Positions 13,261-28,400 of a stretch of DNA of 64,000 bases are shown here, in pieces. The notes beneath the pieces were generated by a model. The model was not told where the DNA came from and did no database searches. It saw nothing but the letters and a program-made list of their open reading frames with translations. Origin of the DNA: Narcine bancroftii (Eukaryota); contig NC_091469.1 of assembly GCF_036971445.1 (NCBI RefSeq), positions 157,418,001 to 157,482,000 of the forward strand, written 5' to 3'. The translations under genes and the position numbers were made by a program. Position 1 is the stretch's first letter. Every line of letters starts with the position of its first letter.

Positions 13261-16200
13261 AAACATAGAAACATAAACATAGAAGATAGGAGCAGGAGTA
13301 GGTCATTCGGCCCTTCGAGCCTGCTCCACCATTCAGTGAGATCATGGCTGACAATAGACAATAGACAATAGACAATAGGAGCTGGAGTAGGCCCTTCGGC
13401 CCTTCGAGCCAGCACCGCCATTTTCCAGATCATGGCTGATCACTACCATCAGTACCCCTTTCCAGCCTTATCCCCATAACCCTTAACTCCTTTGCCCACT
13501 AGAGTCTTATCTAACTCTCTTTTGAACATAATCAGCGAATCTGCCTCTACCACCCTCTGTGGCAGAGCATTCCACAGATTCACACTTCTCTGGGTCAAAA
13601 AATGTTTTCTCATCTCCGTCGTAAAGGGCCTACCCTGTATTCTTAAACTATGCCCTCTAGTCCTCGTCTCCCCCATCATTGGGAACAAGTATTCCGACTT
13701 CATCCTGTCTATCCCCCTGATGATTTTGTATACCTCAATCATGTCCCCCCTCATCCTTCTAAACTCCATCAGATACAAGTCCAGTTTTTCTAGCCTTTCA
13801 GCATATGTCAACCCCGCCATCCCTGGAACTAACCTTGTAAATCTGCGCTGCACACCCTCTATAGCTAGTATGTCCTTCCTCAAAATTGGAGACCAGAACT
13901 GGACGCAATACTCCAGGTGGGGTCTCACCAGGGCCCTGTACAACTGCAGAAGGGCGTCTCTGTTCCTACACTCCAATCCCCTCTTTATGAAAGCCAACAT
14001 GCCATTTGCCTTCTTCACAGCTTTCTGAACCTGCATGCTAGTCTTCAGTGACCGGTAAACAAGTACTCCCAGTTCAATTTGCTCCTCCCCACTCTCTAGC
14101 TTGTCTCCATTTAAATAATACTCAGCTTTCCTATTATTGCCCCCAAAATGGATAACCTCACATTTGCTTACATTGAACGTCATCTTCCATTCAGCAGCCC
14201 ACTCCCCCAACCTGTCCAAGTCCCTCTGCATTTTCCTGACATCCTCCTCACACCCCACACCGCCACCCAGTTTCGTGTCATCTGCAAATTTGCTCAAGTT
14301 ATTAATAATCCCCTCATCCAAATCATTTACATAAATTACAAACAACTGAGGACCCAATACCGATCCCTGCGGCACTCCACTCGTCACATTCTGCCATCCT
14401 GAAAAAGACCCGCTTACCCCAACCCTTTGTTTCCTATTTCTTAACCAATTTCCTATCCATGTCAGCACCTTACCTCCAATACCATGCTCCCTGATCTTGC
14501 CCACTAGTCTCCCGTGCGGTACCTTATCAAAGGCCTTCTGGAAGTCCAAATACACCACATCCACTGGCTCTCCCGAGTCCACCCTCTTTGTCACATCCTC
14601 AAAAAATTCCAGAAGGTTAGTCAAGCATGACTTACCCTTAAGGAATCCATGCTGACTAGCCCTTATACTATTATTTCTGCCTAAGTGTTCTGCTATTACT
14701 CCTTTTATGATGGACTCCAATATCTTCCCCACCACCGACGTCAGGCTGACCGGTCTATAATTTCCCGTTTTCTCCCTCCCTCCCTTCTTAAAAATCGGCA
14801 CCACATCAGCCACTCTCCAATCCTCAGGGACCTCCCCCGAATCTATGGACTTTGGAAAATGTCGACCAGTGCCTCCACAATTTCCATAGCAACTTCTTTA
14901 AGCACCCTGGGATGCAGCCCATCAGGCCCTGGGGTTTTATCAGCCCTCAGTCCCAACAATTTACTCACAACCTCCTGCTTCTAGATCTGGATATCCATTA
15001 GATCCCCTACTTCCCCAGGAAAGTTCCCCAAGTCTCTTGATACCGCATGACCACTACCCCCTAACTGACCATAACCTATATCCTCCTTGGTGAAGACAGT
15101 TGCAAAGTATTTGTTAAATTCTTCAGCCATCTCCTTGTTTCCGGTAATAATTTCACCCTTTTCCATTCATAATGGACCAATTTTAGACTGAACCAATTTC
15201 TTCCTCTTCACATATTTAAAAAAGCTTTTGCTATCCTCCATTATATTATTTGCTAATTTCCTCTCGTACTTCATTTTCCCCTCTCTTATGACTTTCTTAG
15301 TTACCCTCTGATGTTCTTTGAAGGTTTCCCAATCCTCTAACTTCCCACTCCACTTTGCTATCTTATACTTACTCCCTTTGGATTTGATATTACACTTGAT
15401 TTCATTAGTTAGCCACGACTGCCATTTGCATCTCCTCGAGCCTTTCCTCCACTTTGGAATAAATTTGTCCTGAAACCTGTGAAAAATGTCCAAAAATACC
15501 TGCCATTTTTCCCCAGTTGTCCTCCCAGCTAGAGTATCTTTCCATTTTATTTTGGCTAGCTCCTCCCTCATAGCTGCATAATCCCCTTTATTTAACTGCA
15601 GCACAGATGCTTCCAACTTCCTTTCTTTTTCCCTTTCTAATTGCAGCTCAAAAGTAACCATACCATGGTTCCCCTACATCGAGGTCACTTATTAACTCTG
15701 CATCACTGCACAGCACCAAGTCGAGAATCGACTTCCCCCTGGTAGGTTCCTCCACCAGCTGCTCCAAGAAAGTATCTCGTAGACATTCAATAAACTCAGT
15801 CTCTTCTGCTCCTGCCCCCGTCTGATTATCCCAGTCCACCTTCATGTTAAAGTCCCCCATAACTACTGTATTGCTACCACTTTGACATGCCACTCTTAAT
15901 TCCTGATTTATACTTCTACTGATATCTAAGCTACTTTTCGGAGGCCTGTAAATGACCCCCATTATGGTCCTCATGCCTTTACAATTTCTTAATTCTATCC
16001 AAACAGTCTCTACCCCACCTGTTTCAATGTCTTTCCTTTCAAACGCCTGAATTTCATTTCTTACCAACAGAGCTACCCCACCTCCTCTTCCTAACTTTCT
16101 GTCTTTTCTATAGGACGTGTACCCTGGAACATTTATTTCCCAATCTTGCCCTTCCCGCAGCCATGACTCCGTTACTCCGACAATATCATAACCTCCCATT

Positions 16201-18918
16201 GCCATTTGTGCCTCAAGCTCATCCATTTTATTCCTTACACTCCGTGCATTCATACACAATACCTTGATACCATATCTCCTTTCTCCCTCCACCTTTGTTC
16301 TCGATGCACTTGCCCCTACTCTCCTATTCTTTTTAGTTCCATTTTTCCTTATTGTATAACGGAAACGCCCCTATATTCACTCTCCTATCTGCTTCCCTAT
16401 CAGTCCTGTTCCCTTCCCCATGCCAAATTAGTTTAAATCAAATCTGACAGCATTTTTAAACCTAACTGCCAGTATATTGGCCCCCATTGCATTCAGGTGT
16501 AAACCATCCCTCCTGTAGAGGCCTTGTCTTCCCCAGAAGAGATCCCAATGGTCAATGAACCTGAATACCTGCACTCTGCACCATTCCTCCAGCCACATTC
16601 CTCCCGCCTTCTCTCCATAACCCCTAATTCCCTTATACTGAAGAAATATATCTAATTCCTCTTAAATATATTAAATGAACCTGCCTCTACTGTTCTCTGT
16701 GGCAATGAATTCCACAGATTTACCCTCTGGGTAAAGAAATTCCTCCTCATCTCGGTTCTAAATGGTTTGCCTATTACCCTCGAACCATGGCCCCGGGTTT
16801 TGGACTCCCCTAACATTGGAGACATCCCTTCCGCATCCATTCTGTCCAGTCCTGCCAGAATTTTATATGTCTCTATGAGATCCCCTCTCAATCTTCTAAA
16901 CTCCAGCGAGTACAATCCCAAATTGTGCAATCTTTCCTCCTAAGTCATTTCTGCCATTCCAGGTATCAGCCTGGTGAATCGCCTCTGCACTCCCTCCATT
17001 GCAAGAACATCCTTCCTTAGATAAGGTGACCAAAACTGCACACAATACTCCAGGTGGGGTCTCACCAAGGCCCTGTACAGCTGCAGTAAGGTATCCTTGT
17101 TCCTATACTCAAACCCTCTTGATATGAAGGCCAACCTACCATTTGCCTTTTTAACCACCTGCTGTACCTGCATGCTCGCCTTCAGAGACTGGTGTACAAG
17201 TACCCCTAGGTCTCTCTGCACTTCCCCATCTCTTAATCCATTGCCATTCAAATAGTAATCTGTCCTCCGGATTGTATTACCAAAGTGGATAACCTCACAT
17301 TGATCCACATTGTAGTGCATTTGCCATGTATCTCCCCAGACCCCCAATTTATCCAAATCACACTGGAGCTTCCTGACCCCCTCTTCCGTGCACACAACCC
17401 CTCCCAGTTAAGTGTCGTCTGCAAATTTGGAGATATTCCATCCAATCCCCTCATCCAGATCATTAATGTAAATTGTGAACAGCTGGGGTCCCAGTACAGA
17501 TCCCTGTGGCACCCCACTGGTCACCGCCTGCCACTCAGAAAACGAGCCGTTTATCCCAACTCTCTGTCTTCTACCTGCCAGCCAGTTCTCAATCCACATC
17601 AATACTTTGCCCCCAATCCCATGAGCCTTGATTTTGGAAGCCAGTCGTTTATGCGGACCTTATCGAAGGCCTTTTGGAAGTCCAGATACACCACATCCAC
17701 TGGCTCTCCCCCATCTATTTTACCTGTCACCATCTCAAAGAATTCCAATAGATTTGTCAAGCACAATTTACCTTTTGTAAATCCATGTTGACTCCATTCG
17801 ATCCCTTCTCTGCTCGTCATATGCTCTGCTATTACATCCTTAATAATGGATTCCATCATTTTGCCCACTACTGATGTAAGGCTCACCGGCCGATAATTCC
17901 CCGCTTTTTCTCTACCCCCTTTTTAAATAATGGGGTAACATTAGCTACCCTCCAATCCATGGGTAATGATCCTGAGTCTATCCAGTTCTGGAAAATAATT
18001 CTTAAAGCATCTGCTATCTGAATGGCCACTTCCTTGAGTACCCTAGGATGTAGATTATCAGGCCCTTGGGATTTATCTGCCTTCAATCCCATCAATTTCC
18101 CCAAGACCATGTCCTTAGAGATACTGATTTCTTTCAGTTCCTCCCTTCCATTAGTCTCTATGTTTCCCAACATCCTTGGGAGGTTATTTGTATCCTCTCT
18201 TGTAAAAACTGAACTAAAGTAAGAATTTAATTGGTCTGCCATTTCCTTATTCCCCATTATATATTCCCCTGATTCCGACTGCAAGGGACCTACTCTGGAT
18301 TTCACCAATCTTTTCCTCTTGACATATTTATAAAAGCTTTTGCAGTCGGTTTTTATATTTGCCGCAAGCTTACTTTCGTAATTTATTTTTGCTCTCTTGA
18401 TTAATCCCTTTGTCCTCCTTTGCTACATCTTGAACTGTTCCCAGTCTTCGGTTGTGGTACTTTTTTTGGCCAATTGATATGCTCTCTCTTTGGACCTAAT
18501 GCTGTCTCTAATTTCCCTTGTTATCCACGGTTGAGTCACCTTTTTTCGTTTATTTTTATGCCAAACTGGTATAAACGATTTCTGCAATTTTTCCATTAGA
18601 TCTGTGAATGCTTTCCATTGTCTATCCACAGTCAACTCCCCCATAAACATCACCCAATCCATCTTACTCAACTCCCATCTCATACCATCATAATTCCCTT
18701 TATTTAAATTCAGGACCTTAGTCTCGGTTTTAATTTCATCACTCTCCATGTCGAGTGAGAATTCGATCATTTTGTGATCGCTCCTACCCAAAGGGCCTTG
18801 TACAACAAGATTGCTGATTAGCCCCTTATCATTGCATAATACCCAGTCTAAAATGGCCTGCTCCCGAGTTGGTTCCTCGACATATTGGTCTAGATAACCG
18901 TCCCGTAAACATTCAAGG
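13261..18918 (-). mobile_element. CR1 LINE (5'-truncated), whose 3'UTR is interrupted by another CR1
   Basis: Tail (AAACATAG)n at 13261; ORF2 fragments at 16652-18791 ([26 protein letters not shown]). Confidence 0.88.
13351..16596 (-). mobile_element. Young CR1 LINE: ORF1 esterase end plus nearly complete ORF2
   Basis: Tail (CAATAGA)n; APE-type ORF 15648-16292 (CMNARS, VTESWL, YRPP, GDFN); 454-aa open RT ORF 13449-14813; SGNH-like DGLHLN motif near 16490-16520. Confidence 0.92.
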
Positions 18919-21150
18919 AATGGGAGGGCATTGAGGAATGCAGTGGAGCAGAAAGATCTAGGAATAACGGTTCATCGTTCCCTGAAGGTAGAATCTCATG
19001 TGAAGAAGGGTTTTGGTATGTTGACCTTTATAAATCAATGCATAGAATACAGGAGTTGGGAGGTAATGTTAAGACTGTTCAAGGCATTGGTGAGGCCAAA
19101 TTTAGATACTGTGTGCAGTCTGGTCACCGAATTATAGGAAGGATATCAACAAGGTAGAGAGAGTGCAGAGAAGATTTGTGTAAATGTTACCTGGGTTTCA
19201 GAATCTAGATTATAAAGAAAGATTGAGAAGATTAGGTCTTTATTATTTGGACTGTAGAAGGTTGAGAGGGGATTTGATAGAGGTATTTAAGATTATGAGG
19301 GAAATAGATAGAGTTGATGTGGATTGGCTTTTTCCCTTGAAGGTAGGAGAGATTGAAACAAGAGGTCATGAGTTAAGAGTTAAGGGGTAAAAGTTTAGAA
19401 GTAACATAATGGGAAACTTCTTCACTCAGAGAGTGGTGGCTGAGTGGAATGAGCTTCCGGGAGAAATAATGGGGGAAGGGGAAGGGGAAGGGTCCATTTT
19501 GTCATTTAAGGAAAAAGAGGTTAGGATGGGAGGGGAATGGAGGGTTATGGGCACGGTGCAGGTAGGTGGAAGTAGAGGAGAGGACTTGGTTCGGTGCAGA
19601 CTAGAAGGGCCGAGATGTCCTGTTTCTGTGCTGTAATCGTTATATGGTTATATAATAGAAGGCATAAATGGGGTACGTGTACATGGATGACAAGATCCTC
19701 TGGGAATGGACATAACAACACAACAAGAGGTTCATCAAAGTGCTACAACGCATCCAGATGTATGGATTAAAGTTAAACAGAGAAAAGTGTCAGTTTGGTG
19801 TGAAGGAAATCACCTTTCTGGGAGATAAACTGTCAGAAGCAGGTGTGGAGCCTGACAAGAGCAAGGTGAAAGCCATTTTAGAGATGCCCAGACCCACTGA
19901 CAAAAAAGACATATTGGGAGTGCTGGGAATTGGTGTATTACCACACATTGGTAAATTCATACCAAACCCCTCTTCCAAAGCAATGTACCTAAGGAAGATG
20001 ATACAGGACAAATGTGAATTCAAGTGGACAGACAACTGCGACGAAGAATGGGGACAACTGAAGGCCACTCTAACTACAGAACTAGTACTTTTGACTTTCT
20101 TTGATGCATCCAGAAGGACAAAAATATCCACGAATGCTTCAAAAGATGGAATAGGTGCCATACTCCAGGCTGTGGGAGAAGATTGGAGGCCAGTAGCAGA
20201 TGCATCAAGGACGATGACAACATTTGGATGTCGATATGCACAGATCGAGAAAGAGAGTCTTGGTCTGATCTATGGACTCGATAAATTCCACAGTTATGTG
20301 TATGGTCAACCAACATTCATGGCAGAAATAATCAAGAGAAATCTCAGTGAAATGTCGCTACAAATCCAAAGATTGATGATGAAGCTACAGAGTTATGACT
20401 GAATTGGTGTACACACCGGGGAAACTTATTGTGTTAGCTGATGCGTTATCCAGGGAAATGATGCAGAGTGAAGCACACATTGAGAGTTCCACAGAGACGG
20501 ATGTGAATCTCCACATGAACCTGATCACTGAATCTCTTCCCGAATCTGCCATAAAATCCAAGCAGATCTCAGCTGAAACAGAAAAGGGCACAGTTCTACA
20601 GAATTAAAACTCAAAAATCTGTAGACACTGTGGTTGAAGTAAAAACACAAAATGTTGCAGAAACTCAGCAGGTCAAACAATGTCCTTTATGTAGCAAAAG
20701 TAAAAATACATAACTGTGGCCTTCTCTACATCAGGGAGACACGTCACAGATTGGGCAATCACTTGCTCAGCACCTCTACTACGTCTGCCACAGCAGAGAC
20801 CTCCCAGTAGCCAACAATTTCATTTCTGAATCACTATCCCACACTCATATGTCTGTCCGTGGCCTTGTGTACTACCCCACCCTGACCACCCGCAGAATGG
20901 AAGAACAACACCTTATTTTCCATCTGGGCACCCTCCAGCCAGATGACATTAACAGTGACTTCTCTGCATCCTGCTAAACTTGCTTTTCTTTTATTTCCCT
21001 TCCCCTTTCCAATCCTCCCCTTGCTTTCCCCTCCACCCTCCCAGCCATCCCTCCTCCCCCCTGATTGCTACTCTCCCCTCCCTCCCTTCTCCACCTATCA
21101 TCTCCTGCCTTTGCCATTTCCACCCCACCCCCTAACCTTTTTGTTCAAAT

Positions 21151-23148
21151 TATTACGGAATAAGTTAATACAATTATGGAATAACATATATCTTAAGGTG
21201 TAAGGTTAGGTTGTGGGTGTTTAGGTATTAGTTTGGGTACACTTCACAGACATCTCAATAACATTTCACAAAAGACATCTCATTTGAAATGTAAAAGTTA
21301 TGCCTAAGCATAGACTTCATGTTTGCCAGTGTCTTTACAGAAACCATGATGAGTGCCTATGAAGACTTCACAAGTAGTTGTTAATGGGTCTGATGTGGTA
21401 GAAGTGAAATAGACCATTGTCTTTAAAGGAACAGATGTCCAGGCTCAGAAACTGATTAATCATTTATTGCTAAACTGGTGCCAGCTGGAAGGTTGCTATT
21501 CTAAGAGGGGTCATGTGGTTTTGCAAATAGAGAGAGAGAGAGAGTTTTACTGTAGTCGGTTCGTGGTGAAGGCTGAAAAATTGGGAGACTTGGTAAAGGT
21601 CCCATTTGAAGATGGGTTTTGAGTTCTGAATTCAGCCCATTCTTATCCCTTGTAGTCAATTATAAGAGGATGGGGCTGGTTAATGTATTTCTCCGGAAAT
21701 AGGGGGAAAAGAAGAACTCTTTGTGGTAACCATATATAACCAGAAAACCATTACAACAATTTACAGTACGGAAAACAGGTCATATCTAGTCCGCACCAAT
21801 TTACATGAAACTCCATTAGTTCCACCTACCCATTCCCATGACCCTCCAACCCCCTATCAACCAGGTACTCATCTAACCTCCTCTTAAATGACAGAATTAA
21901 TCCTGCCGCAACTACCTCCTCCGGTAGATCCTTCCACCCAGCCACCACTCTCTGAGTGAGGAAGCATCCTCTTATATTACTCCTAACATTTTTCCCCCCA
22001 ATCCTTAACTTATGACCCCTTGTGCCAATCTGCCCTCAGTAGATTCGCATCTATTCTATCTATTCCCTTCATAATTTTAAACACCTCCATCAAATCCCCT
22101 CTCAACCTTCTACACTCCATTGAATAAAGTCCCAGTCTACTCAATATTTCTCCGTATTCAAAATACTGCAACCCGGGCAACATTTTCGTAAACCTTCTTT
22201 GCACCCTCTCTAACTTATTTATATCCTTCCTATAATTTGGAGACCAGAATTGCACACAATACTCCAAACTTGGCCTCACCAATGCCTTAAACAGTCTCAA
22301 CAGCACCTCCCAGCTCCTATATTCTATGCTATGATTTATAAAGGCCAGGATACCAAAACCCTTCTTGGGAATCCACATTCGAGGAATGCTGAACCGTTAT
22401 TCCAAGATCCCTCTGTTCCTCAGCATTTCTCAATCCCCTCCCCTTCACTGCATACGTCATATTTTGGTTATTCCTCCCAAAATGAAGCACCTCACACTTA
22501 TCTACATTAAACTCCATCGGCCACCTTTCAGCCCACTTTTCCTTCTGCAGTCCATAAAAACCCTCTTCACTGTCCACAACTCCCCCTATTTTTGCATCAT
22601 CCACATATTTGCTCACCCAATTTACCACCCTGACATCCAAATCATTAATATAAATGACGAACAACAAAGGACCCAACTCCAATCCCTGGAACCTGGAAGA
22701 AGAGGTTATCTTTTGGAAAAACTCATGAGGGGGCAAGTTTCTTTGGCAAGACACTGAAGTGGCTGATTGAAGGAAATCAGTTTGTGTGTGTCCAATGAAC
22801 AATGAATATCTCTCACTGAAACCACAAAGATCTTCCTGAGCAGTAACAATTTAAGTTAAAGCACCAGTGCCTGGTGAAGACTATAAATGTTAAATTCTGT
22901 GCACAGTATGAAAATTACCTGATACCAGTGAAGTATGAGAAGAGAAAAGTGAATGATTGGACAGTGAAGCAAAGAACTTTCCTGAACATATGCACATTAT
23001 ATACATGTGTGCTTAGAATTAACTTAATACAAACAAGTTAAATATTGACTTTATGTATGAAGAGAATTAAAAGTATTTTTGTTTCGTAACCATTGTCTTG
23101 GTGTATTTCTGTGGTTGCTGGTTCTTTGAGTACTCTGAGCTTGTAACA
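21151..23148. mobile_element. Solo LTR (about 1 kb net) nested in the Penelope-like element
   Basis: T(A)TTAC...GTAACA termini; the host sequence resumes after it; TSD degenerate. Confidence 0.6.
21731..22688 (-). mobile_element. CR1 LINE 3' fragment nested in the solo LTR
   Basis: LGPLLFVIYINDLD and RPSLEYCVQFWSP ORFs; tail at 21731. Confidence 0.88.
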
Positions 23149-23782
23149 GGATGCCTGCCAACACTCTTTCATACCTTGATGTCAAGTCCCAAACGTTGGT
23201 TCTGTATCTTTACCTTTGCTACATAAAGGACCCTGTTTAACCTGCTGAGTTTCTCCAGCATTTTGTGTTTTTACAGTTCTACAGAAGGTCATCAAGAATC
23301 TAAATGCAGGATGGCCTGAAGGTGAATGTCATCAGAGCTGAGCTGAGTATTGTCAATGAGCTTCTACTCAGACGGAGCAGAATTATCATTCCCCAATCAC
23401 TGTGACAAGAGATGTTGAAAAGGGTGCACGAAAAATGCAAGAGGAGGGCCAGAACTGCTGTTTATTGGCCAAGGATAAATGCTGACCTTGGCAGGATGGT
23501 TTCAATCTGATTGAAACATCACACAAAGCAGGCAAAGGAACCCATTACCTACCAGCAGAACCAAGGCAGAAAGTTGGGACTGATCTGTTCCACATGGGTG
23601 GAAAAAATGACTTGTTGGTTATTCACTATCTATCGAACTATCCAGAGAGGAGGAGTCACGTGAGGGAGTAGTGGCCGGTCAGGGAATTCCAGCCCTCTCC
23701 CGAAAAGTTTAAAAAAAACACACAAAGCACAATGGTTCAAGATTGAAATTTATAATAAAGTAAAAATAAAGGTGAGAAGAAA

Positions 23783-24999
23783 ATGGCAGCGAAGAGAGAA
23801 AAGTCGAAAACAACGGGAAGAAAAGAGGAAGAAAGAATGTCGGAAGAAGAAGGTGAAGGCCTTACCTGTCCGAAGAGGCCCGCCGCGGAGAGAGAAGTTC
23901 GCTCCCGCAGGTCAGTGGAAGTCCCGGGCTCGGGACTACAAAAATGGCTCGCGGAGCCGAGTAAAAGTGCGCAACCGCGCATGAAAAAAAACACACTGAC
24001 GGGAGGGGGGAACAGCTGCGGAGTCGATCTCCACAGCTGAGAGAGACACCTGCAGCACAGCAGCAGGTGCAGAACACAGACAATAACGACAACAAGAAAG
24101 AAGAGGGTCAAAAGAAAACAAGGAAACAACAGATGGTCAACCCAGAGGAAGAAGAAGAAGAAGAACAGAAAGAAATGGAAGAAGAAGAGAAAGGCAAGAC
24201 AATGGATGTATCTTTTTTTAAAGAATATATGGAATCAGTGAAAGAATGGCAATTACAAGAATTTAATGAGATAAAAAGAAGAATTAAGAATGCAGAAGAA
24301 AAAATGAATAAAATGGAAATGGCCATGTCAGAATTGGCAAAAAGAGTTGAAAATATTGAAGAATGAGAAATAATCGTAGAAATGGAAGTAGAGGACTTAA
24401 AAGAGAAATTAGAAGAATCTAATAAAAAAGTTAAAGAGACACAAGAGCTGTTAGCTCAGAAGATAGATATAATAGAAAACTATAATAGAAGAAATAATAT
24501 AAAGATAGTGGGCCTTAAGGCAGATGAAGAAGGCAAGAATATGAGAGAATTTATAAAAGATTGGATCCCCAGGGTCCTAGGAAGACCAGAATTACAGGAA
24601 GAAATGGAAATAGAGAGGGCACATAGAACTTTAGCCCCAAAACCACAACCGCAGCAAAAACCAAGATCCATTTTAGTAAAATTCTTAAGATATACAACAA
24701 GAGAAAATATATTGGAGAAAGCAATGAAGAAAGTAAGAGAAGACAAAAAGGCACTGGAATATAAAGGTCAAAAAAAATTTTTCTATCCAGACATAAGTTT
24801 TGAACTCCTGAAGAAGAGGAAGGAGTTCAATATAGCAAAAATGATCTTATGGATAAAAGAATATAAATTTATGTTAAAGTACCCAGCGGTACTTAAAATA
24901 GTTATTCCAGGGCAACAAAACAGACTATTCTCGGATCCAGAGGAAGCACGAAAATTTGCAGAACAACTACAAAACAAGCAGAGAGATGAAGACATGTAA
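23783..24999 (+). pseudogene. L1 ORF1 (coiled-coil/RRM RNA-binding protein), disrupted
   Basis: ORF pieces 23783-24040, 24067-24366 and 24382-24999; in-frame TGA at 24364; the true start is uncertain. Confidence 0.75.
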
Positions 25000-25484
25000 T
25001 GAGAGTAAAAATGACCATGAACTATATGTATGTGTGTATATATATAGTGTGTATACATGAATGTATCCGTATTTAGAGGAAAATATATAGAGTATAGACA
25101 AGAATTAATAAGGGAGGGAAAGGGAATAGAGGGAATAAGGAGGGAATTAAAAGAGTGACCTTTGTTACATATGAAAATTGAAATCTATTCTGGGGGGGGC
25201 TGGGTGGGGAGGAGTTATGGTCACTGCAAAATCAGTTGACATTTGCGAGTGAATTCGCAAATCCAAATGGAGAGGGGAGATGTGGTTGCCCGACAAGGGA
25301 TAAAGGGCAACTCAGGAGGGGGAGGGGAGAATGGGGTTAAAGAAGTTTTAATTAGGAGAATAAGGAAAATGTTTGGTGTTTTAGAAATGTTGTCTTATAA
25401 AGTGTTCAAAACAAGAAAGCAGAAATGGATAAGAAGGAAAGGTGATGATGGAGAAACGGAAAGGAAAGATAAACAAAGTATGAA

Positions 25485-28400
25485 ATGGCTACGTTGAACT
25501 ATATGACTTTAAATATTAATAGAATACATAACCAAATTAAAAGGAAGAAACTGCTAAATTTACTGAAAAAAGAAAAAATTGATATAGCATTTGTGCAAGA
25601 AACACATTTAACTGAATTGGAGCACAAGAAATTAAAGAGGGTTTGGGTAGGACATGTAACAGCAGCTTCATATAATTCAAAAGCTAGAGGAGTAGCTATA
25701 TTAATTAGTAAAAATGTGCCAATTAAAATAAAAGAGGAAATAATAGATCCAGCAGGGAGATATGTAATGATAAAATGTCAGATATATTCAGAGTTTTGGA
25801 ATCTACTCAATGTATATTCACCTAACGAAGAAGATCAAAAGTTTATGCAAGATATTTTTTTGAAGATAGCAGATACGCAAGGGAACATATTAATAGGAGG
25901 GGATTTCAACCTGAATTTGGATTCAAATATGGACAAAACTGGGAAAAAAATTAACAGAAAGAACAAAATAACCAAATTTTTAATTAAATCGATGAAAGAA
26001 ATGAAACTTTTGGATATATGGAGGAAACAACACCCAAATGAAAAGGAATATTCATATTACTCGGCTAGACATAAAACATTCTCAAGAATAGACCTATTTT
26101 TGTTATCAGCTCGTGTGCAAGATAGAGTAAGAAAAACAGAATATAAAGCTAGAATATTATCGGACCATTCACCCTTGATTTTAACAATAGAGTTAGAGGA
26201 CATCCCTCCAAGAATGTATAGATGGAGATTAAACTCCATACTACTTAAAAGGCAGGATTTTAGAGAATTCATTGAAAGACAAATTAAAATGTATTTTGAA
26301 ATAAATACGGAATCAGTGAAAGATAAGTTTATATTATGGGATGCAATGAAAGCGTTCATTAGAGGGCAAATAATAAGTTATGTAACCAAGATGAAGAAGG
26401 ACTATAATCAGGAAACAGAGCAGTTGGAAAGGGAAATAGTAAATATAGAAAAAGAATTAGCAATGAAGGAAGATACAACTAAAAGAAGAGAATTGGCAGA
26501 TAAAAAAATAAAATATGAAACACTACAAACATATAAGGTGGAGAAGAATATAATGAAGACAAAACAGAAATATTATGAACTAGGAGAAAAAACGGACAAA
26601 ATTCTAGCATGGCAGCTTAAGACAGAACAAGCTAAGAAAATGGTATTGGCATCAAGGAAAAAAGACAAACAAATCACATATAATCCAAAGGAGATTAATG
26701 AAAACTTCAGAGAATTCTACGAACAATTATACCAAACTGAAAACGAAGGGAAAGAAGGGAAAATAGATGAATTTTTAACTAAAATTGAACTACCAAAATT
26801 ACAAATAGAGGAACAAAATAAATTAACAGAACCATTTGAAATAGTAGAAATACAAGAGATAATAAAAAAAATTACCAAATAATAAAACACCAGGAGAGGA
26901 TGGATTCCCAATAGAATTCTATAAAACATTTAAAGATTTATTAATTCATCCCCTCCTGGAAGTAATCAACCAGATTGATAAAACACAAAGCTTACCAGAT
27001 TTATGTAAAACAGCAATAATTACAGTAATACTAAAGCAAGGGAAAGATCCACTCGCACCAGCGTCATATAGACCAATATCATTACTTAACACAGATTATA
27101 AGATAATAGCTAAACTATTAGCAAACAGATTAGCAGAGTATGTACCTAAAATGGTAAATCTAGACCAAACTGGATTTATTAAAAAAAGACGCACAACAGA
27201 CAATATTTGTAAATTTATTAACTTAATTCATGCAGTAGAAGGGAGTAAAGCGCCAACAGTAGCAGTTTCTTTAGACGCAGAGAAGGCCTTTGACAGAGTA
27301 GAATGGAATTATTTATTCAAAGTATTACAAAAATTCAGTTTACCAGAGAAGTATATTAATTGGATTAAAGCATTATATAAGGGGCCATTGGCGAAAGTGA
27401 CAGTAAATGGATATATATCAAAGCAATTTAACTTAAGCAGGTCAACACGGCAGGGATGCCCATTATCACCCTTATTGTTCGCGTTAGCTATAGAACCACT
27501 AGCAGAATTGATAAGAACAGAAAATAATATAAAAGGGATAAAAATAAAAGACAAGGAATATAAAATCAGTTTATTTGCGGATGATGTTATAGTATACTTA
27601 ACAGAACCAGAACTATCAATAAAAGAATTATATAAGAAATTGAAGGAATATGGAGAAGTGTTGGGTTACAAGATTAACGTAAATAAAAATGAAGCAATGC
27701 CAATGAATAATGCGGATTTCTCAAAATTTAAGAAGGAATCACCATTCAGATGGCAAATGCAAGCAATAAGATACCTAGGTATACAAATAAATAAAAATCT
27801 CAATTATTATCCACTAATGAAAAAATTACAGGACGATTTAGAGCATTGGAAAGATTTACCATTAACACTAATAGGAAGGATAAACTATTTCAGGCATTGC
27901 CAATACACTTGACAGAGAAATTCTTCAAGGAGTTAAAGAAAATAATAAGGAAATTTTTATGGAAAGGGGGGGAAACCGAGGATAGCACTAGATAAATTAA
28001 CAGGATGGTATAAACAAGGAGGCTTACAACTGCCAAATTTTAAAAATTATTATAGAGCCGCACAATTACGATACCTATCAGATTTTTATCAAACAAGGGA
28101 AAAGCCAAATTGGACTAGATTAGAATTAGATAAAATAGGGGAAAAGATACCTGAACACATATTATATAAATGGGATGAAAAATTGGTACAACGTAGGAGT
28201 TCTCCAGTATTACATCATCTACTCAATATTTGGAAAAAGATTCATGTAGAAAGGAATAAAACAAATTACCAATTACCAAAACTAATATTGATGCAAAATA
28301 AGTTACTCCCTTTTACAATAGATAACCTTTCCTTTAGAGAGATGGAAGTCTTTTAAAGATCAGATTTTGAGAGTGCAAAAGCCTTATGTTCCTGTTAGGT

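Larger units (their letters stand above)
11534..19650 (+). mobile_element. CR1 LINE (endonuclease to 3' tail), split at 13260/18919 by nested minus-strand CR1s
   Basis: YRPPN, GSSDH, KSPGPDG and AFDKVPH motifs; the sequence ..gtaaat|gggagggcattg is continuous across the insert. Confidence 0.85.
20604..23272 (+). mobile_element. Non-autonomous Penelope-like element with GIY-YIG remnant and inverted ends
   Basis: Perfect 14-bp TSD ACAGTTCTACAGAA (20590-20603 / 23273-23286); CGLLYI(G)ET remnant near 20716; inverted termini of about 75 bp. Confidence 0.82.
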